From an uncultured Actinomycetes bacterium (lineage in GTDB: Bacteria > Actinomycetota > Thermoleophilia > UBA2241), in NCBI GenBank assembly GCA_963755025.1, contig CAVWIH010000014.1, positions 64,001-128,000 of the forward strand: DNA of 64,000 bases, in the 5' to 3' direction. The notes beneath the pieces are model-generated. The model was not told the DNA's origin. It ran no database searches and saw nothing but the letters and a program-made list of their open reading frames with translations. The first letter of the stretch is position 1, and each line of letters begins with the position of its first letter. A program made the translations under genes and the position numbers. Shown piece by piece: positions 20,018 to 30,651 of the stretch.

Positions 20018-20197
20018 CTACTGCAGCAGAGCGTCGCCGTAGGTGAACAACAGCCAGACGGTGAGCACGACGACCGCGCCGGCGACGCCGATGTCGAGGA
20101 ACTGCCGCCGCCGCACGGCGTCGATAACGAGCTCGATCAAAAAGAAGGCGGCGACCGCCAGGCCCACAGCTCCGGCGGCGATGATGACGACGTTCAC
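20018..20197 (-). CDS. Small two-TM membrane protein (59 aa), absent from the ORF track
   Basis: MNVVIIAAGAVGLAVAAFFLIELVIDAVRRRQFLDIGVAGAVVVLTVWLLFTYGDALLQ; GTGA overlap with the korC stop. Confidence 0.7.
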   Translation of the reverse strand: MNVVIIAAGAVGLAVAAFFLIELVIDAVRRRQFLDIGVAGAVVVLTVWLLFTYGDALLQ

Positions 20198-20841
20198 GCC
20201 GGGGGCAGCGCCGCGTCGCGGCCGGCCTCGCCGGCGGCGTCGAGCAGCGCGGCGTGGTCGCGCCCCAGCTGCAGGGCCCGCAGGTTGAGCTCGACGATGC
20301 GCGCCGGCAGGCGGCGACGCAGGGCGTCGGCCAGGGCGTCGGCGTCGACCAGGCCGCTCAGCTGCGAGACGGCGCCGAGCATGACGATGTTGGCGGCGAT
20401 GGCCTTGCCCAGCTCGTCCTCGGCCAGCTCGGTGAAGGGCAGGCCGACGAGGCGGCGCTCCGGCAGGGGCGCCGGGCGCACCAGCCGGTCGTCGTAGACC
20501 ACGAGACCGCCGGCCACGGTAAGACCCGCGTAGGCGTCGAACGCCTCCTGCGACAGACAGACGGTGATGACGGGCGACGTGACCTCGGGAAAGTCGATCT
20601 CGTCGTCGGAGACGATCACCTCGGCCTTTGAGGCGCCGCCGCGGGCCTCGGGGCCGTAGTTCTGGGTGGCGATGACCTCGCGGCCGGTGGCTACCGCGGC
20701 GTCGGCGAGCAGCGTGGCCGCCAGGATGATGCCCTGACCGCCGGCTCCCGAGAACCGGACCTCGTGACGGGCGGCCGCGACCGGCACTGCCGGCGCTGCC
20801 GGTGCAGTGCGTGCGGTTGGGGCGACGGGCGGCTCAGTCAC
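20194..20841 (-). CDS. korC: 2-oxoacid:ferredoxin oxidoreductase gamma subunit
   Basis: EVRFSGAGGQGIILA, YGPEARGGAS, NIVMLG. Confidence 0.88.
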   Translation of the reverse strand: MTEPPVAPTARTAPAAPAVPVAAARHEVRFSGAGGQGIILAATLLADAAVATGREVIATQNYGPEARGGASKAEVIVSDDEIDFPEVTSPVITVCLSQEAFDAYAGLTVAGGLVVYDDRLVRPAPLPERRLVGLPFTELAEDELGKAIAANIVMLGAVSQLSGLVDADALADALRRRLPARIVELNLRALQLGRDHAALLDAAGEAGRDAALPPA

Positions 20842-21724
20842 TGGGCGGCTCCTGAGAGCGGCGCACCACGTCGGCGTAGGCCGCCGTGTACTCCTGGCGC
20901 TCGGCGTGGTGCAGCACGCCGACCGGGTAGCGGTCGCGCAGGCGCGGGCCCTCGCTGTCAAACTTCTCGACGGGCACGGCGCGGGCCTTCTGCATCTTGA
21001 GCATGTCGGCCGGCGTGGGGATGCCGTTCTGGCGGCCGTAGTAGGTGGGGCAGGCGACCATGGCCTCGACGAACGAGAACCCCTTGTGGGCGATGCCGCC
21101 GGCAATCAACTGCGCGAGGCGCTGGTAGTTGTACGACGTGCCGCGGGCCACGTAGGTGGCGCCGGCGGCGCGGGCCAGCTCGCAGATGTCGAAGGCCTGC
21201 TCGACGTTACCGTAGACGCTCGTCGTGGAGACGTCGCCCTCGAAGGTCGTGGGACTCATCTGGCCGCCGGTCATGCCGTAGATGGAGTTGTTGAAGACCA
21301 CGGCGGTGACGTCGATGTTGCGCCGCGCTGCGTGGATCAGGTGGTTGCCGCCGATCGCCACGCAGTCGCCGTCGCCCATGACGACGATCACGTTCAAGCC
21401 CGGGTCGGCCGCCTTGGCGCCGGTCGCCACGGCCAGGGCGCGGCCGTGGGCGGTGTGCACGGTCGACCAGTTGAGGTAGGCGGTGATACGCCCGGCGCAG
21501 CCGATGCCGGCGATCACGCAGGTGCGGTCGGCGTCGAAGTCGAGCGCCAGCGAGGCGTCGATCAGCGCGCGGGTGACGATGCCGTTGGAGCAGCCCGGAC
21601 ACCAGAGCGTCTTGGGCGTGCGCAGGTGGCTCGTGATCTCGGCCGTGCGGTGCGGCGTGACGCGCGGCAGGCTGGTGTCGTGCGGGGCGCGTTCGAGCAG
21701 TTCTTCGTCGACCAGGGCGGTCAT
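20834..21724 (-). CDS. korB: 2-oxoacid:ferredoxin oxidoreductase beta (TPP-binding) subunit
   Basis: WCPGCSNG, GIGC, HGRA, GDGD..IGGNH, NNSIYGMTGGQ. Confidence 0.9.
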   Translation of the reverse strand: MTALVDEELLERAPHDTSLPRVTPHRTAEITSHLRTPKTLWCPGCSNGIVTRALIDASLALDFDADRTCVIAGIGCAGRITAYLNWSTVHTAHGRALAVATGAKAADPGLNVIVVMGDGDCVAIGGNHLIHAARRNIDVTAVVFNNSIYGMTGGQMSPTTFEGDVSTTSVYGNVEQAFDICELARAAGATYVARGTSYNYQRLAQLIAGGIAHKGFSFVEAMVACPTYYGRQNGIPTPADMLKMQKARAVPVEKFDSEGPRLRDRYPVGVLHHAERQEYTAAYADVVRRSQEPPSD

Positions 21725-22891
21725 GGGGTCTCCTCGAAGCGGTGGTAGTGGAACTCGCGGCGAATGAGGTCCTGGATCTCTTCGGGTGCGATGAGCTTGC
21801 CGTCGATGCGCCCGTAGTCGACCACGCGGGCCCGGCCCCAGACGGCGGCCTGGACCTCCCAGGCGATCTGCTTGAGGTTCATCTCGGGAACGATGATGGT
21901 GCGCACCTGCTCGGCCATGTGGTCGACGGCCTCGGTGGGGAACGGCCACAGCGTGATGGGCCGCACAAGGCCGACCTTGACGCCCTGACGGCGCGCCCAC
22001 TTCATGGCCGCGCGGGCCGAGCGCGCCACCGAGCCGTAGGCGAAGATGGCGACCTCGGCGTCTTCCATCTCGAGTCTCCTCGACGCGGCAGATGGCGTCG
22101 CGGTGGTGGTAGATCTTCTCGCGCAGGTAGCGCCCGAGGCCCGCGGCGACGGACGGCGTGCCGGTGGCCGGTACGCCCCCGCGGCTCGAGTCGTAGACCA
22201 GGCCGGTGACGTGCACGGAGTAGCGCGAGCCCAGCGCGGGCCGCGGCATGATGTTGTCGACGGTCGACATGACCTCGTCGTAGTCTTCGGGCGGCACGTC
22301 GGGCTCGCCGCGCGCGGCGATCAGCAGCTCTTCGGGCAGCGGCAGGGCCACGGCTTCGCGGAGGTGGCCGATCGTCGCGTCGGAGAGCAGGATGACCGGC
22401 GTGCGGTACGCCTCGGCCAGGTTGAAAGCCTCGACGGTCAGCGAGAAGCACTCGGCCACCGAGCTCGGCACGAGCGCGATGATCGAGTGTTCGCCGTGAG
22501 TCCCCCAGCGGGCCTGCATGACGTCGCCCTGCGAGGGCTCGGTCGGCAGTCCGGTCGACGGGCCGCCGCGCATGACGTCGACGATGACGCAGGGCACCTG
22601 GGCCATGCTGGCGTACCCGATGCTCTCCTGCATGAGCGAAAAGCCGGGGCCCGACGTGGCCGTGAGCGCCTTGGCGCCGGCCAGCGAGGCGCCGATGACG
22701 GCGGCGATCGAGGCGATCTCGTCTTCCATCTGCACGAAGTGGCCGTCGACCTGCGGCAGGCGGCGCGACAGCACTTCGGCGATCTCGGTCGAGGGGGTGA
22801 TGGGGTACCCGGCGAAGAAGCGCGCGCCGGCGGCGATGGCGCCCTCGGCGACCGCTTCGTTGCCGGCGATCAGGCGGCGCGGCTGGGGCAT
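21721..22891 (-). CDS. korA: 2-oxoacid:ferredoxin oxidoreductase alpha subunit (frameshift near 22070)
   Basis: GNEAVAEG, AGYPITPSTE, QMEDEIAS, TSGPGFSL, RGGPSTG; the C-terminal piece has WPFP and PEMN. Confidence 0.9.
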
Positions 22892-23127
22892 CAGTCTCTG
22901 CCTTTCGCGGGGCACGACGTCGATGGCGAAATCGGGGCAGTGACGTTCGCAGAAGAGCAGGCCGTGCAGTCGGCCAGGCGGGCCACGACGGGGCGACCGA
23001 AGTCGTCGCGGTCAAAGACGTCGGTCGGGCAGAAGGCGATGCAGATGCCGCAGGCCTTGCAGAGTTCGAGGTCGATCACGACCGCCTCGGGGGCGCGGCT
23101 TCTTGCTCTTGTGGAGGCGTCAGTCAT
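22891..23127 (-). CDS. korD: 2x[4Fe-4S] ferredoxin delta subunit (indel in second motif)
   Basis: CKACGICIAFCP; the second motif CTAC-(shift)-FCERHCPDFAI. Confidence 0.8.
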   Translation of the reverse strand: MTDASTRARSRAPEAVVIDLELCKACGICIAFCPTDVFDRDDFGRPVVARLADCTACSSANVTAPISPSTSCPAKGRD

Positions 23128-23300
23128 CAGTGTCGCTAAGCGGCAGCCGCAGCCGCCCCCTACGGGGAGAACGACGACCGTTACTGCCTGCATAGAGTGT
23201 ATGCGCTGGGGCCGAGCAGCGCCACCGCAAAACGCGGGTCTTGCGCTCTTGTCCGGCCCGGATCGTCAGGTGAGACGCCGGTGTCGTCGTTCGGCCGCGG

Positions 23301-26177
23301 TCAGTCGAGGAGCAACCGCTCGGCGAGCAGCTCGAGAGGGTGGCGGGCGGGCCGGTCGGCGAGGTCGGCGATCTGCGAGCGGCACGAGGTGCCGGTCGCC
23401 AGCAACGCCGCGTCGGCGCCGGCCGCGCGCAGCGCCGGCAGCAGGGCGCGCTCGGCGATGCGCACGCTGAGCTCATAGCGTTCCTTGCGATAGCCGAACA
23501 CCCCCGACATGCCGCAGCAGCCCGCGTCGAGCACCTGCAGGTCGAGGGCGGGCACGTAGCGCAGCGCACGCACGGTATCGTCGGCCCCGAACACGGCGCG
23601 CTCGTGGCAGTGCGGGTGGACCACGGCGCGGCCCCCCGGCGCGAAACGCAACCGGCCGGCCGCAGCGTCGTCGGCGACCAGGCCGAGGCGCGGAGCGCGC
23701 CGCCGCCGCCACGGCGGCCGCCGCGGCGTCGCCGGGCAGCAGCCGGCGCCAGTCGTCGCAGACCATCGCCTGGCAGCTCGGTTCGACGAAGACGATCGGT
23801 AGTCCGGCGGCGGCGTGCGGCTCAAGCGCGGCGGCAGTCGCGCGCGCCGCGCGGCGCGCCTTGTCGATCATGCCCACCGACAGCATGGTGCGCCCGCAGC
23901 AGCCGGCGCTCACCACCTGCGGCGTGTGGCCGGCGGCGCGCAGGAGCGCGAGCAGCGCCTCGCCGACGTGGGGCTCCTGGTGCTCGATGAAGCAGTCGGC
24001 GAAGACGATGAGGTCGGCGGGCGGCGCGACGGGCGATCGTGGCGCGCGCTGCGTGAACGAGCGCCGCGCGAAGGTCGGCGCCGGCCGCCGCGGGTCGACG
24101 CCCGCGAGCGGCAGGAGGGCGCGGGCCGCAGGCCCGCGCCCGAGCGCGTTGACCAGCGGCGCGAACGGAGCCGCCAGGCGCGAGAGCGTGCGCAGGTTGG
24201 CGACGGCCACGGCGAGCGGCGGGGCGCCGTCGCGGGCGTTGCGCTCGGCCAGCCACTCGGCTTTGAGCGTGGCCATGTCGACCGCCGCGGGGCATTCGGC
24301 GCTGCAGGCCTTGCAGGCGACGCACGTGCCGAGCACGTCCTCGAACTCGTCGCTGCCGATCTCGGCGAGCGGCACCGCGCCGGCGACCACCGCCTGCAGC
24401 AGGTTCGCGCGCGCCCGCGTGGTGTGCCACTCGTCGCGCGAGACCGCCGCCGGCGGGCACATGGTGCCCGTCTGCTTCTTGCACAGGCCCGCTCCGAAGC
24501 AGCGCTCGACGGCGCGGTCGAAGCCGCCCTCGCGGGCCCAGGAGAGCCGCGGCCGCCAAGCGCCGCCGCCGCGGTAGCCGGCGCCCAGGCGCAGGTTCTC
24601 GGCGATCGGCGGCCCCTCGACCTTGCGGCCCGGGCTGAGCTGCCGCCGCGGGTCGAACAGGTCTTTCAGGGCGACGAGCTCGCCGTACAGCTCGGGACCG
24701 AACAGCTCGGCGTTGAACCACGAGCGCGAGAAGCCGTCGCCGTGCTCGCCGAGAACGAGCCGTGGCGCTCGGCCACGAGACGGCCGACGTCGCGGGCGAT
24801 GGCCTGCAGGCGCTCCACGCCGACGGCCGTCTTCAAGTCGATCATGGGGCGCACGTGCATGCAGCCCACCGAGGTGTGGCCGGTAAAGGAGGCGCGCGCG
24901 CCGTGCGACGCGACGACGCGCTGGAACTCCTCGACGTAGTCGGCGAGGCGTTCGGGCGGCACCGCGGTGTCCTCGACGAACGACTCGGGGCGCTCGGCCC
25001 CCGGCGCGCCCATGAGCAGCGGCAGCGTAGCGCGGCGCAGCTCCCAGGCCTCGGCCAGGGCGGCGGGATCTGCGAAGAAGACGGTGGTGCGCGCGCCCAG
25101 CCCGGGCGCGACGGCGCGCAGGCGGTCGAGCCCGGCGAGGCCCTCGTCGCGCGTGCCCTGGTACTCGACCAGCAGCACGGCCGGGTCGTCGCCGTCGAGG
25201 ATGGGCCCGAGGCGCGTGAAGCGCTGCAGGTTGGGCGAGCGGCGCAGCGGCGCCAGGTCGATGAGCTCGACCGCCGACGGCTCCGTCGGCAGGATGGCGA
25301 GGTTGGCCTCGAGCGCGGCGCGCAGACTGGCGAAGGTGAGCGCCGCCAGCGGCCGCGACTCGGGCCGCACGTCGAGCTGCACCTCGATCTCGGTGAACAG
25401 CAGAAGCGTGCCCTCGGAGCCCGCGAACAGGCGGGCCAGGTTGGGCTGGGGCTCGAGCAGCTCGGGCAGGTTGTAGCCCGAGACGCGGCGGGCCGTGCGC
25501 GGGTAGCCGGCGGCGATGCGGGCGCGCGAGCGCGCCCGCATCGCCGCGAGGCCAGCCGCGAGCGGCCCGCCGCTCCCCGCCGTCACGCCGCTGCGCAGGT
25601 CGTCGCCGTCGCACGGCCCAAAGGCGGCCGCCTCCCCCCCGGCGAGCACGCCGCGCACGCGCAGCAGCTTGTCCTTGGTCTCGCCGTAGATGATCGAGCG
25701 CGAGCCCGACGAGTTGTTGCCCACCATGCCGCCGATGGTGGCCTGCTCGACGGTCGAGGTGTCGGGCCCGAACTCGAGGCCGTAGGCGGCGGCGGCGCGG
25801 TTGAGCGCGCCTTGGACGACGCCCGGCTCGACCCGCGCGATGCGGCGCTCGGGATCGATCTCGAGGATGCGATCGAGGTGAAAGCAGTCGATCGCGATGC
25901 CGGCGCCGAGCGTCTGCCCGGCCAGGCTCGTGGCCGCGCCGCGCACGCACAGCGGCACGCCGTGGCGCGCTGTGATCTCGGCCGCCGCCGCCAGGTCGTC
26001 GACCGAGCGCGCCACCAGCACCGCGTCGGGCAGCACCCGGTAAATCGAGGCGTCGGTCGAGTACAGCCAGCGCGACAGCGGACTCGTACGCACCTCGCCG
26101 GCCACGTGGCGGGCAAGCTCGGCGGCCGCGGCCAAGCCGCGCTCGCAGGGGGCAGCTATGGCGGCGTCGGCGCTCAT
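23301..26177 (-). CDS. FAD-binding and Fe-S/CCG-domain oxidoreductase (GlcD-GlcF/YdiJ-like 2-hydroxyacid dehydrogenase), frameshifts near 24750 and 23700
   Basis: YSTDASIY, RGAATSLAGQ, IGGMVGNNSSG, GSEGTL, GEHGDG, CVACKACSAECP, CCGR, CCGMSG. Confidence 0.88.
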
Positions 26178-26305
26178 CGGCCAAGCATAGACGGCGGCGA
26201 GAGGGCGACGCCAGTGAGGGCGCTCCGGCTGGGGCAAGGGCTGTCCTTTGGCGCACGCCAGGGCGCGCGCTGCCGGCCGGGCTCCGCCGGGTCGCCTCCT
26301 GTACA

Positions 26306-27640
26306 GTGGACGTACGCGCCGGCGCCGGTCCGGCGCCCCCTCACGATCGGAGCAGGCCCACGGCGTCAGACCCCAGAGTCGAGTTCCTGAAGACCCTGGC
26401 GCGAGAGCTCGCGCCGCTCGGGCAGACGGCTGCCGAGCTCACCGAGCAACTCTCGGGCTGCAGCGAGGGGCTCGACCTGGCGGCCCACTTCTTCGTGCTG
26501 CCCACCGTGGTGCAGATCATCTACGAGGAGTTCGGCGAGGAGCACATCGCCTTCGTCCCTATAGGGCGGGGCAGCGTCGACCTGGAGACCCACGCCCTGC
26601 TCGAGAACATCGCCGTCGATGCCGGCAAGGGCTGGATCAGCCCGCAGGCAGGCACCGAGCGCATCGCCGCGCTGGTCGCCCACCGGCCGCGCTTTCCATT
26701 GTGGCTGCGCCTCGTGGCCGGCGGCCTCGGGCCGGCCGCCATCGCCCTGCTGCTCGGCGGCGGTCCGCGCGAGGCGCTCGCCGCCATGGGCATCGGGCTC
26801 GCGGTGGCCGTCTTTCACGGCCTGGCGCGACGCAGCTCCCGCCTGGAGGGGCTGCTCGAGCTCTCGTCGGCGGCCTTCGCCGCCTGCCTCGCCCTGCTGC
26901 TCGCCCACGTCCTGCACCGCTTCGACGCGACGACCGTGGTGCTGGCCGCCATCGTGCAGCTGCTGCCCGGCCTGCGCATCACCCAGGGAGTCTCCGAGCT
27001 CGCCGCCGGCGACCTCGTCTGCGGCACCGCACGCCTCGCCGGGGCCGCCGTGACGCTGCTCAACCTGAGCATCGGGGTGGCGATCACCTGGACCGTCTTT
27101 CGCCGGCTCCACGAGTTCCCCGTGCTCAGCCGCGCGCACGGCGCGACCGCCGCCATGCTGGTGCTCGCGGTCGTTGGCGCAGCCCTGGCCTTCTCGGTCT
27201 CCGAGAACGCCCGCCGCCGCGACGTGGGCTGGGTGTTCGTCGCCGTGATCACGGCGACGGTCGCTAGCCGCTTCGGCGTGTGGGCGCTGGGCACGACCCT
27301 CGGCGTGGGCATCGCCAGCCTGGCCGTGGGCCTCGCCGGCAACGCCTACTCGCGCTACCTGCACCACCCCAAGTCGACCATCACGGTGCCGGGGCTGACG
27401 GTGCTCGTGCCAGGGGCGCTGGGCTTCAAAGGCGTCTTCAGTCTCGTGAGCAAGGGCGGCGTCGGCGGCGTGAACGTGCTCGTCACCACGCTGCTGCTCG
27501 CCGTGGCGCTCGTGGTGGGCTCGACGATCGCCGAGGCGATCGTGGCGCCGCGCACCCTGGCGCAGCGCGTGAGCGAGCCGCTCGCCCTGCCGCCGCGCCT
27601 GCCCCGCCTGGGGCGCGGCAGGCGCGTCCGGCGGCCCTGA
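26306..27640 (+). CDS. ThrE family threonine/serine exporter
   Basis: N-terminal soluble domain plus about ten TM helices; LLPGLRITQGVSEL and LVPG motifs. Confidence 0.85.
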   Translation: MDVRAGAGPAPPHDRSRPTASDPRVEFLKTLARELAPLGQTAAELTEQLSGCSEGLDLAAHFFVLPTVVQIIYEEFGEEHIAFVPIGRGSVDLETHALLENIAVDAGKGWISPQAGTERIAALVAHRPRFPLWLRLVAGGLGPAAIALLLGGGPREALAAMGIGLAVAVFHGLARRSSRLEGLLELSSAAFAACLALLLAHVLHRFDATTVVLAAIVQLLPGLRITQGVSELAAGDLVCGTARLAGAAVTLLNLSIGVAITWTVFRRLHEFPVLSRAHGATAAMLVLAVVGAALAFSVSENARRRDVGWVFVAVITATVASRFGVWALGTTLGVGIASLAVGLAGNAYSRYLHHPKSTITVPGLTVLVPGALGFKGVFSLVSKGGVGGVNVLVTTLLLAVALVVGSTIAEAIVAPRTLAQRVSEPLALPPRLPRLGRGRRVRRP

Positions 27641-27773
27641 CCGGTCCCGCGCCGGGGGCGCAGCAGGCGCGTCGGACGGCTCTGACCGGCCTCGCGCCAG
27701 GGCTCGACCGGCGCCCGCGCTTGCTATACTGAAGATCCGTACGGTGACGCAACGACAGGGGGGCAAGCCGCTC

Positions 27774-28420
27774 ATGGCCGACAAGATCGAGTTCGTCCGT
27801 AACTACTCCGACCACTCGACCGACAACGGCTTTCAGTTCGAGTTCACCTGCAACCGCTGCGGCAACGGCTACAAGACGCCGTTCAAGGCCTAGACCCTCG
27901 GTTCGGTGAGCCAGGTGGCCGACGGCGCCAGCAGCATGCTGGGCGGCCTGTTCAGCCGCGCCGCCGACGTCACCCAGCGCGCCAAGTCGGCCGCCTGGGA
28001 GAAGGCGCGCGACAAGGCGATGGCCGCGGCCGTCGCCGAGATGAAGCCCGACTTCGTGCAGTGCCCGCGCTGCAGCGCCTGGGTCTGCCGCGCGCAGTGC
28101 TGGAACGACAAGCGCGGCCTCTGCAAGGGCTGCGCCCCCGACCTGGGTATCGAGACGTCGGCCGCGCAGGCCGACCGCTCGGTCGGCGAGGTCTGGGCCA
28201 CGCCCAGATGAGCGCCGAGGACAAGAAGCTCACCGAGGGCGACTGGCGCGAGACGATCGTCGCCTCCTGCCCCTCGTGCGGCGCGCCGCAAGAGATCAAC
28301 GCCAAGTTCTGCCCCGGCTGCGGCGCCGACCTCAAAGCCGGCGCCTTCTGCGCCCAGTGCGGCGCCAAGCTGCAGCCCGGCGCCAAGTTCTGCCAGGAGT
28401 GCGGCGCCCACACCGCGTAG
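27774..28420 (+). CDS. Double zinc-ribbon protein interrupted by an in-frame TAG (27891) and a frameshift near 28200
   Basis: MADKIEFVRNYSDHSTDNGFQFEFTCNRCG..FKA*TLG.. continues in frame; C-terminal CPSCG, FCPGCG, FCAQCG, FCQECG. Confidence 0.78.
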
Positions 28421-28427
28421 CGCCTGC

Positions 28428-28462
28428 GGCCGGGGGCGGCCAGCTGGCCGCCCCCGGCCTTT
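28428..28462 (+). terminator. GC-rich palindrome followed by TTT
   Basis: GGCCGGGGGCGGCCAG/CTGGCCGCCCCCGGCC-TTT. Confidence 0.65.
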
Positions 28463-28543
28463 GCGCCTTCGGCCAACGACGCGCTATACTACCCCCCCGG
28501 GTATCCTGCCCGAGGCCGCGATAAAACCGACGAGCGAGGGTCC

Positions 28544-28774
28544 ATGGCCACGTACGATCTTGTGTGTCTCGAGTGCGGCCGCGATTTCGAGGTCTTCGTG
28601 CCGGGCTTCATCAAAGACGAAGACCGGCAGTGCCCGGCCTGCGGCTCGTTCAAGACCCGGCAGAAGTACTCGGCCTTCCTCACCAACGCCTCGACCTCGT
28701 CGAGCTCGTCGAGCTCGTCGAGCTCCGCCGGCTGCGCCGACTGCGCGCAGGGGTCGTCGGGCGGCTTCACCTGA
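28544..28774 (+). CDS. FmdB-family zinc ribbon protein
   Basis: MATYDLVCLECGRDFE..CPACGS with Ser-rich tail. Confidence 0.85.
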   Translation: MATYDLVCLECGRDFEVFVPGFIKDEDRQCPACGSFKTRQKYSAFLTNASTSSSSSSSSSSAGCADCAQGSSGGFT

Positions 28775-28859
28775 GGATCCTGACCGGGCGCGTGCGCCCG
28801 TAACGCGAGATAACGCGAAAGCCCCGGCGACGCCCGTCGCCGGCTGCTACGATATTCCC

Positions 28860-29862
28860 ATGAACGTGCTTGTCACCGGCGCCGCCGGCTACATCGGCAG
28901 CGTGATCGCCGCGCGGCTGCTGGCCGCCGGCCACGCCGTCACCGTCTACGACGACCTCTCGCGCGGGCACCGCGCGGCCGTACCCGCCGACGCCGCGCTG
29001 GTCGAGGGGGACATCCGCGACACCGAGCGCCTCGCAGCGGCGCTCACGCACGGCGCTTGCGACGCCATCGTGCACATGGCGGCGCTCGCCGAGGTGGCCG
29101 AATCGGTCGCCTTTCCCGAGCGCTACCACGACGTGAACACGGGCGGCACCCGGGCGGTGATCGAGGCGGCCCTGGCCGCCGGCGTCTCACGCATCGTCTT
29201 CTCGTCGACGGCGGCCGTCTACGGCGCGCCCGACGCGATCCCCATCGACGAACGCGCACCGCTCGCGCCGGCCAACCCCTACGGCGACAGCAAGCTCGCC
29301 GCCGAGCGCCTGCTCGGCGAGGCGGCCGCCGCCAGCGGCGGCCGCCTCGCCACGGTCGCCTTGCGGTACTTCAACGCCGCCGGCGCCGCCGGCCCGCGCG
29401 GCGAAGACCACGCCCCCGAAAGCCACCTCGTGCCGCTGGCCCTGGCGGCCACCCGCGACGGCGGCGTGCTCAAGATCTTCGGCGACGACTACCCCACGCC
29501 CGACGGCACCTGCGTGCGCGACTACGTGCACGTGAGCGACCTGGCCGCGGCTCACGTGGCCGCGCTCGAACGGCTGCCGCAGGCGGCCGGCGCCTACAAC
29601 CTGGGCACCGGCCGGGGCAGTTCGGTGCGCGAGGTGGTGCACGCGGTCGCGGCCGCGACCGGCCGCGCGCCCTCGGTCGAGAGCGCCCCGCGGCGCGCCG
29701 GCGACCCGCCGGTCCTCGTGGCCTCCAACGAGCGCGCCCGGCTGGCGCTGGGCTGGCAGCCGCGGCGCAGCCTCGACGACTATCGTGGCCGACGCCTGGC
29801 GCTGGATGGGCGACCACCCGCGGGGCTACGACGACAGGGGCGACGCGCCGCGCTACAGCTAG
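28860..29862 (+). CDS. galE: UDP-glucose 4-epimerase (frameshift near 29780)
   Basis: VTGAAGYIGS, FSSTAAVYG, YGDSK, LRYFN, DGTCVRDYVHV, RRAGDP; shifted tail IVADAWRW. Confidence 0.92.
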
Positions 29863-29957
29863 GCAGCACGCGAGCTCGGGCGATGCGCCGCGACGACTCA
29901 CGCCAGGGTGCAGGTCGACGAGGCGCTGCGGCGCCGGTGGTCGGCGCGGAACGGACC

Positions 29958-30383
29958 TCAGGCGGGCGACGAGGCAGGCACGGGCGCGAGCTCGGCGAGC
30001 GTGACCTGACCGAGCACGTCCATCATGCGCTCCTGAGCCAGGACCCAGACCTCGTGCATGCGGCAGTCGCCGCTACGCCGGCAGTCTTCGGGCCACAGCA
30101 CGCAGCCGTTCAGGGCGATGGGCCCGTCGACGGCCTCGACGATCTCACGCACGGTGATGTCGGCCGGCGGGCGCGCCAGCGAGAAGCCGCCGTGCGCGCC
30201 GCGCTGCGAGACCACGAGGCCGGCGTGCACGAGGCTCTGGAAGATCTTGGCGAGGAAGCTCTCGGGGATGTCCTGCTCGGCGCCGACGCCGTGCAGCGAG
30301 GTGATCTCGCCCACGGGCCTGCGCGCCAGATAGGTCATCGCTCGAATGGCGTACTCGCCGCCTCGTGTCAGTTGCAGTCCCAT
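29958..30383 (-). CDS. Rrf2 family transcriptional regulator (three Cys, likely Fe-S)
   Basis: EYAIRAM, FLAKIFQSL, SQRGAHGGF.LA, CVLWPEDCRRSGDC. Confidence 0.92.
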   Translation of the reverse strand: MGLQLTRGGEYAIRAMTYLARRPVGEITSLHGVGAEQDIPESFLAKIFQSLVHAGLVVSQRGAHGGFSLARPPADITVREIVEAVDGPIALNGCVLWPEDCRRSGDCRMHEVWVLAQERMMDVLGQVTLAELAPVPASSPA

Positions 30384-30406
30384 GATCCTCACCCGCGCCG
30401 CGTAGC

Positions 30407-30429
30407 AGTCGGATAGTTTTTGTCCGTTT
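30407..30429. promoter_or_regulatory. Putative Rrf2-family autoregulatory operator
   Basis: Imperfect palindrome CGGATA-GTTTT-TGTCCG directly upstream of the Rrf2 gene. Confidence 0.5.
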
Positions 30430-30541
30430 CTACGCGTACTCTAGTCGGCCAACGGCGCGGGCGTCAAGCAAGCCTGGGCGTTGCGGTAAGCGAGGCCGGG
30501 CGGCGAGCGACGCGAGCCTCAGACGTTTGTTAAGCAAGCGT

Positions 30542-30568
30542 TAAGGACTGTTACAGGCCGTCCGATAG
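30542..30568 (+). promoter_or_regulatory. Sigma28-like promoter overlapped by GTTAAG direct repeats
   Basis: TAAG-N15-TCCGATAG; GTTAAG at 30529 and 30540, GTTACA at 30550. Confidence 0.5.
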
Positions 30569-30651
30569 AGCGGCGAGGCCCCAAAGTCGGTCGCATACTA
30601 CAAGCAGCTGCCCGCGCCCTTGCCCGCCGTTGTACGAAAGGACTTGTCGCG

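Noticed and set aside
20834-22915. 693-aa KorA-KorB fusion ORF
   Set aside because: A frameshift near 22070 bypasses the real KorA C-terminus, which is present in 21721-22068 and has an ATGA overlap with korB.
28690-28725. TCGTCGAGC x3 microrepeat, and Pro/Thr/Ala-rich repeats in PBP, TatB and NuoB
   Set aside because: Ordinary low-complexity coding linkers.
28461-30416. 651-aa extended GalE
   Set aside because: GalE starts at 28860; the C-terminal extension is readthrough from a frameshift near 29780 into the antisense strand of the Rrf2 gene.
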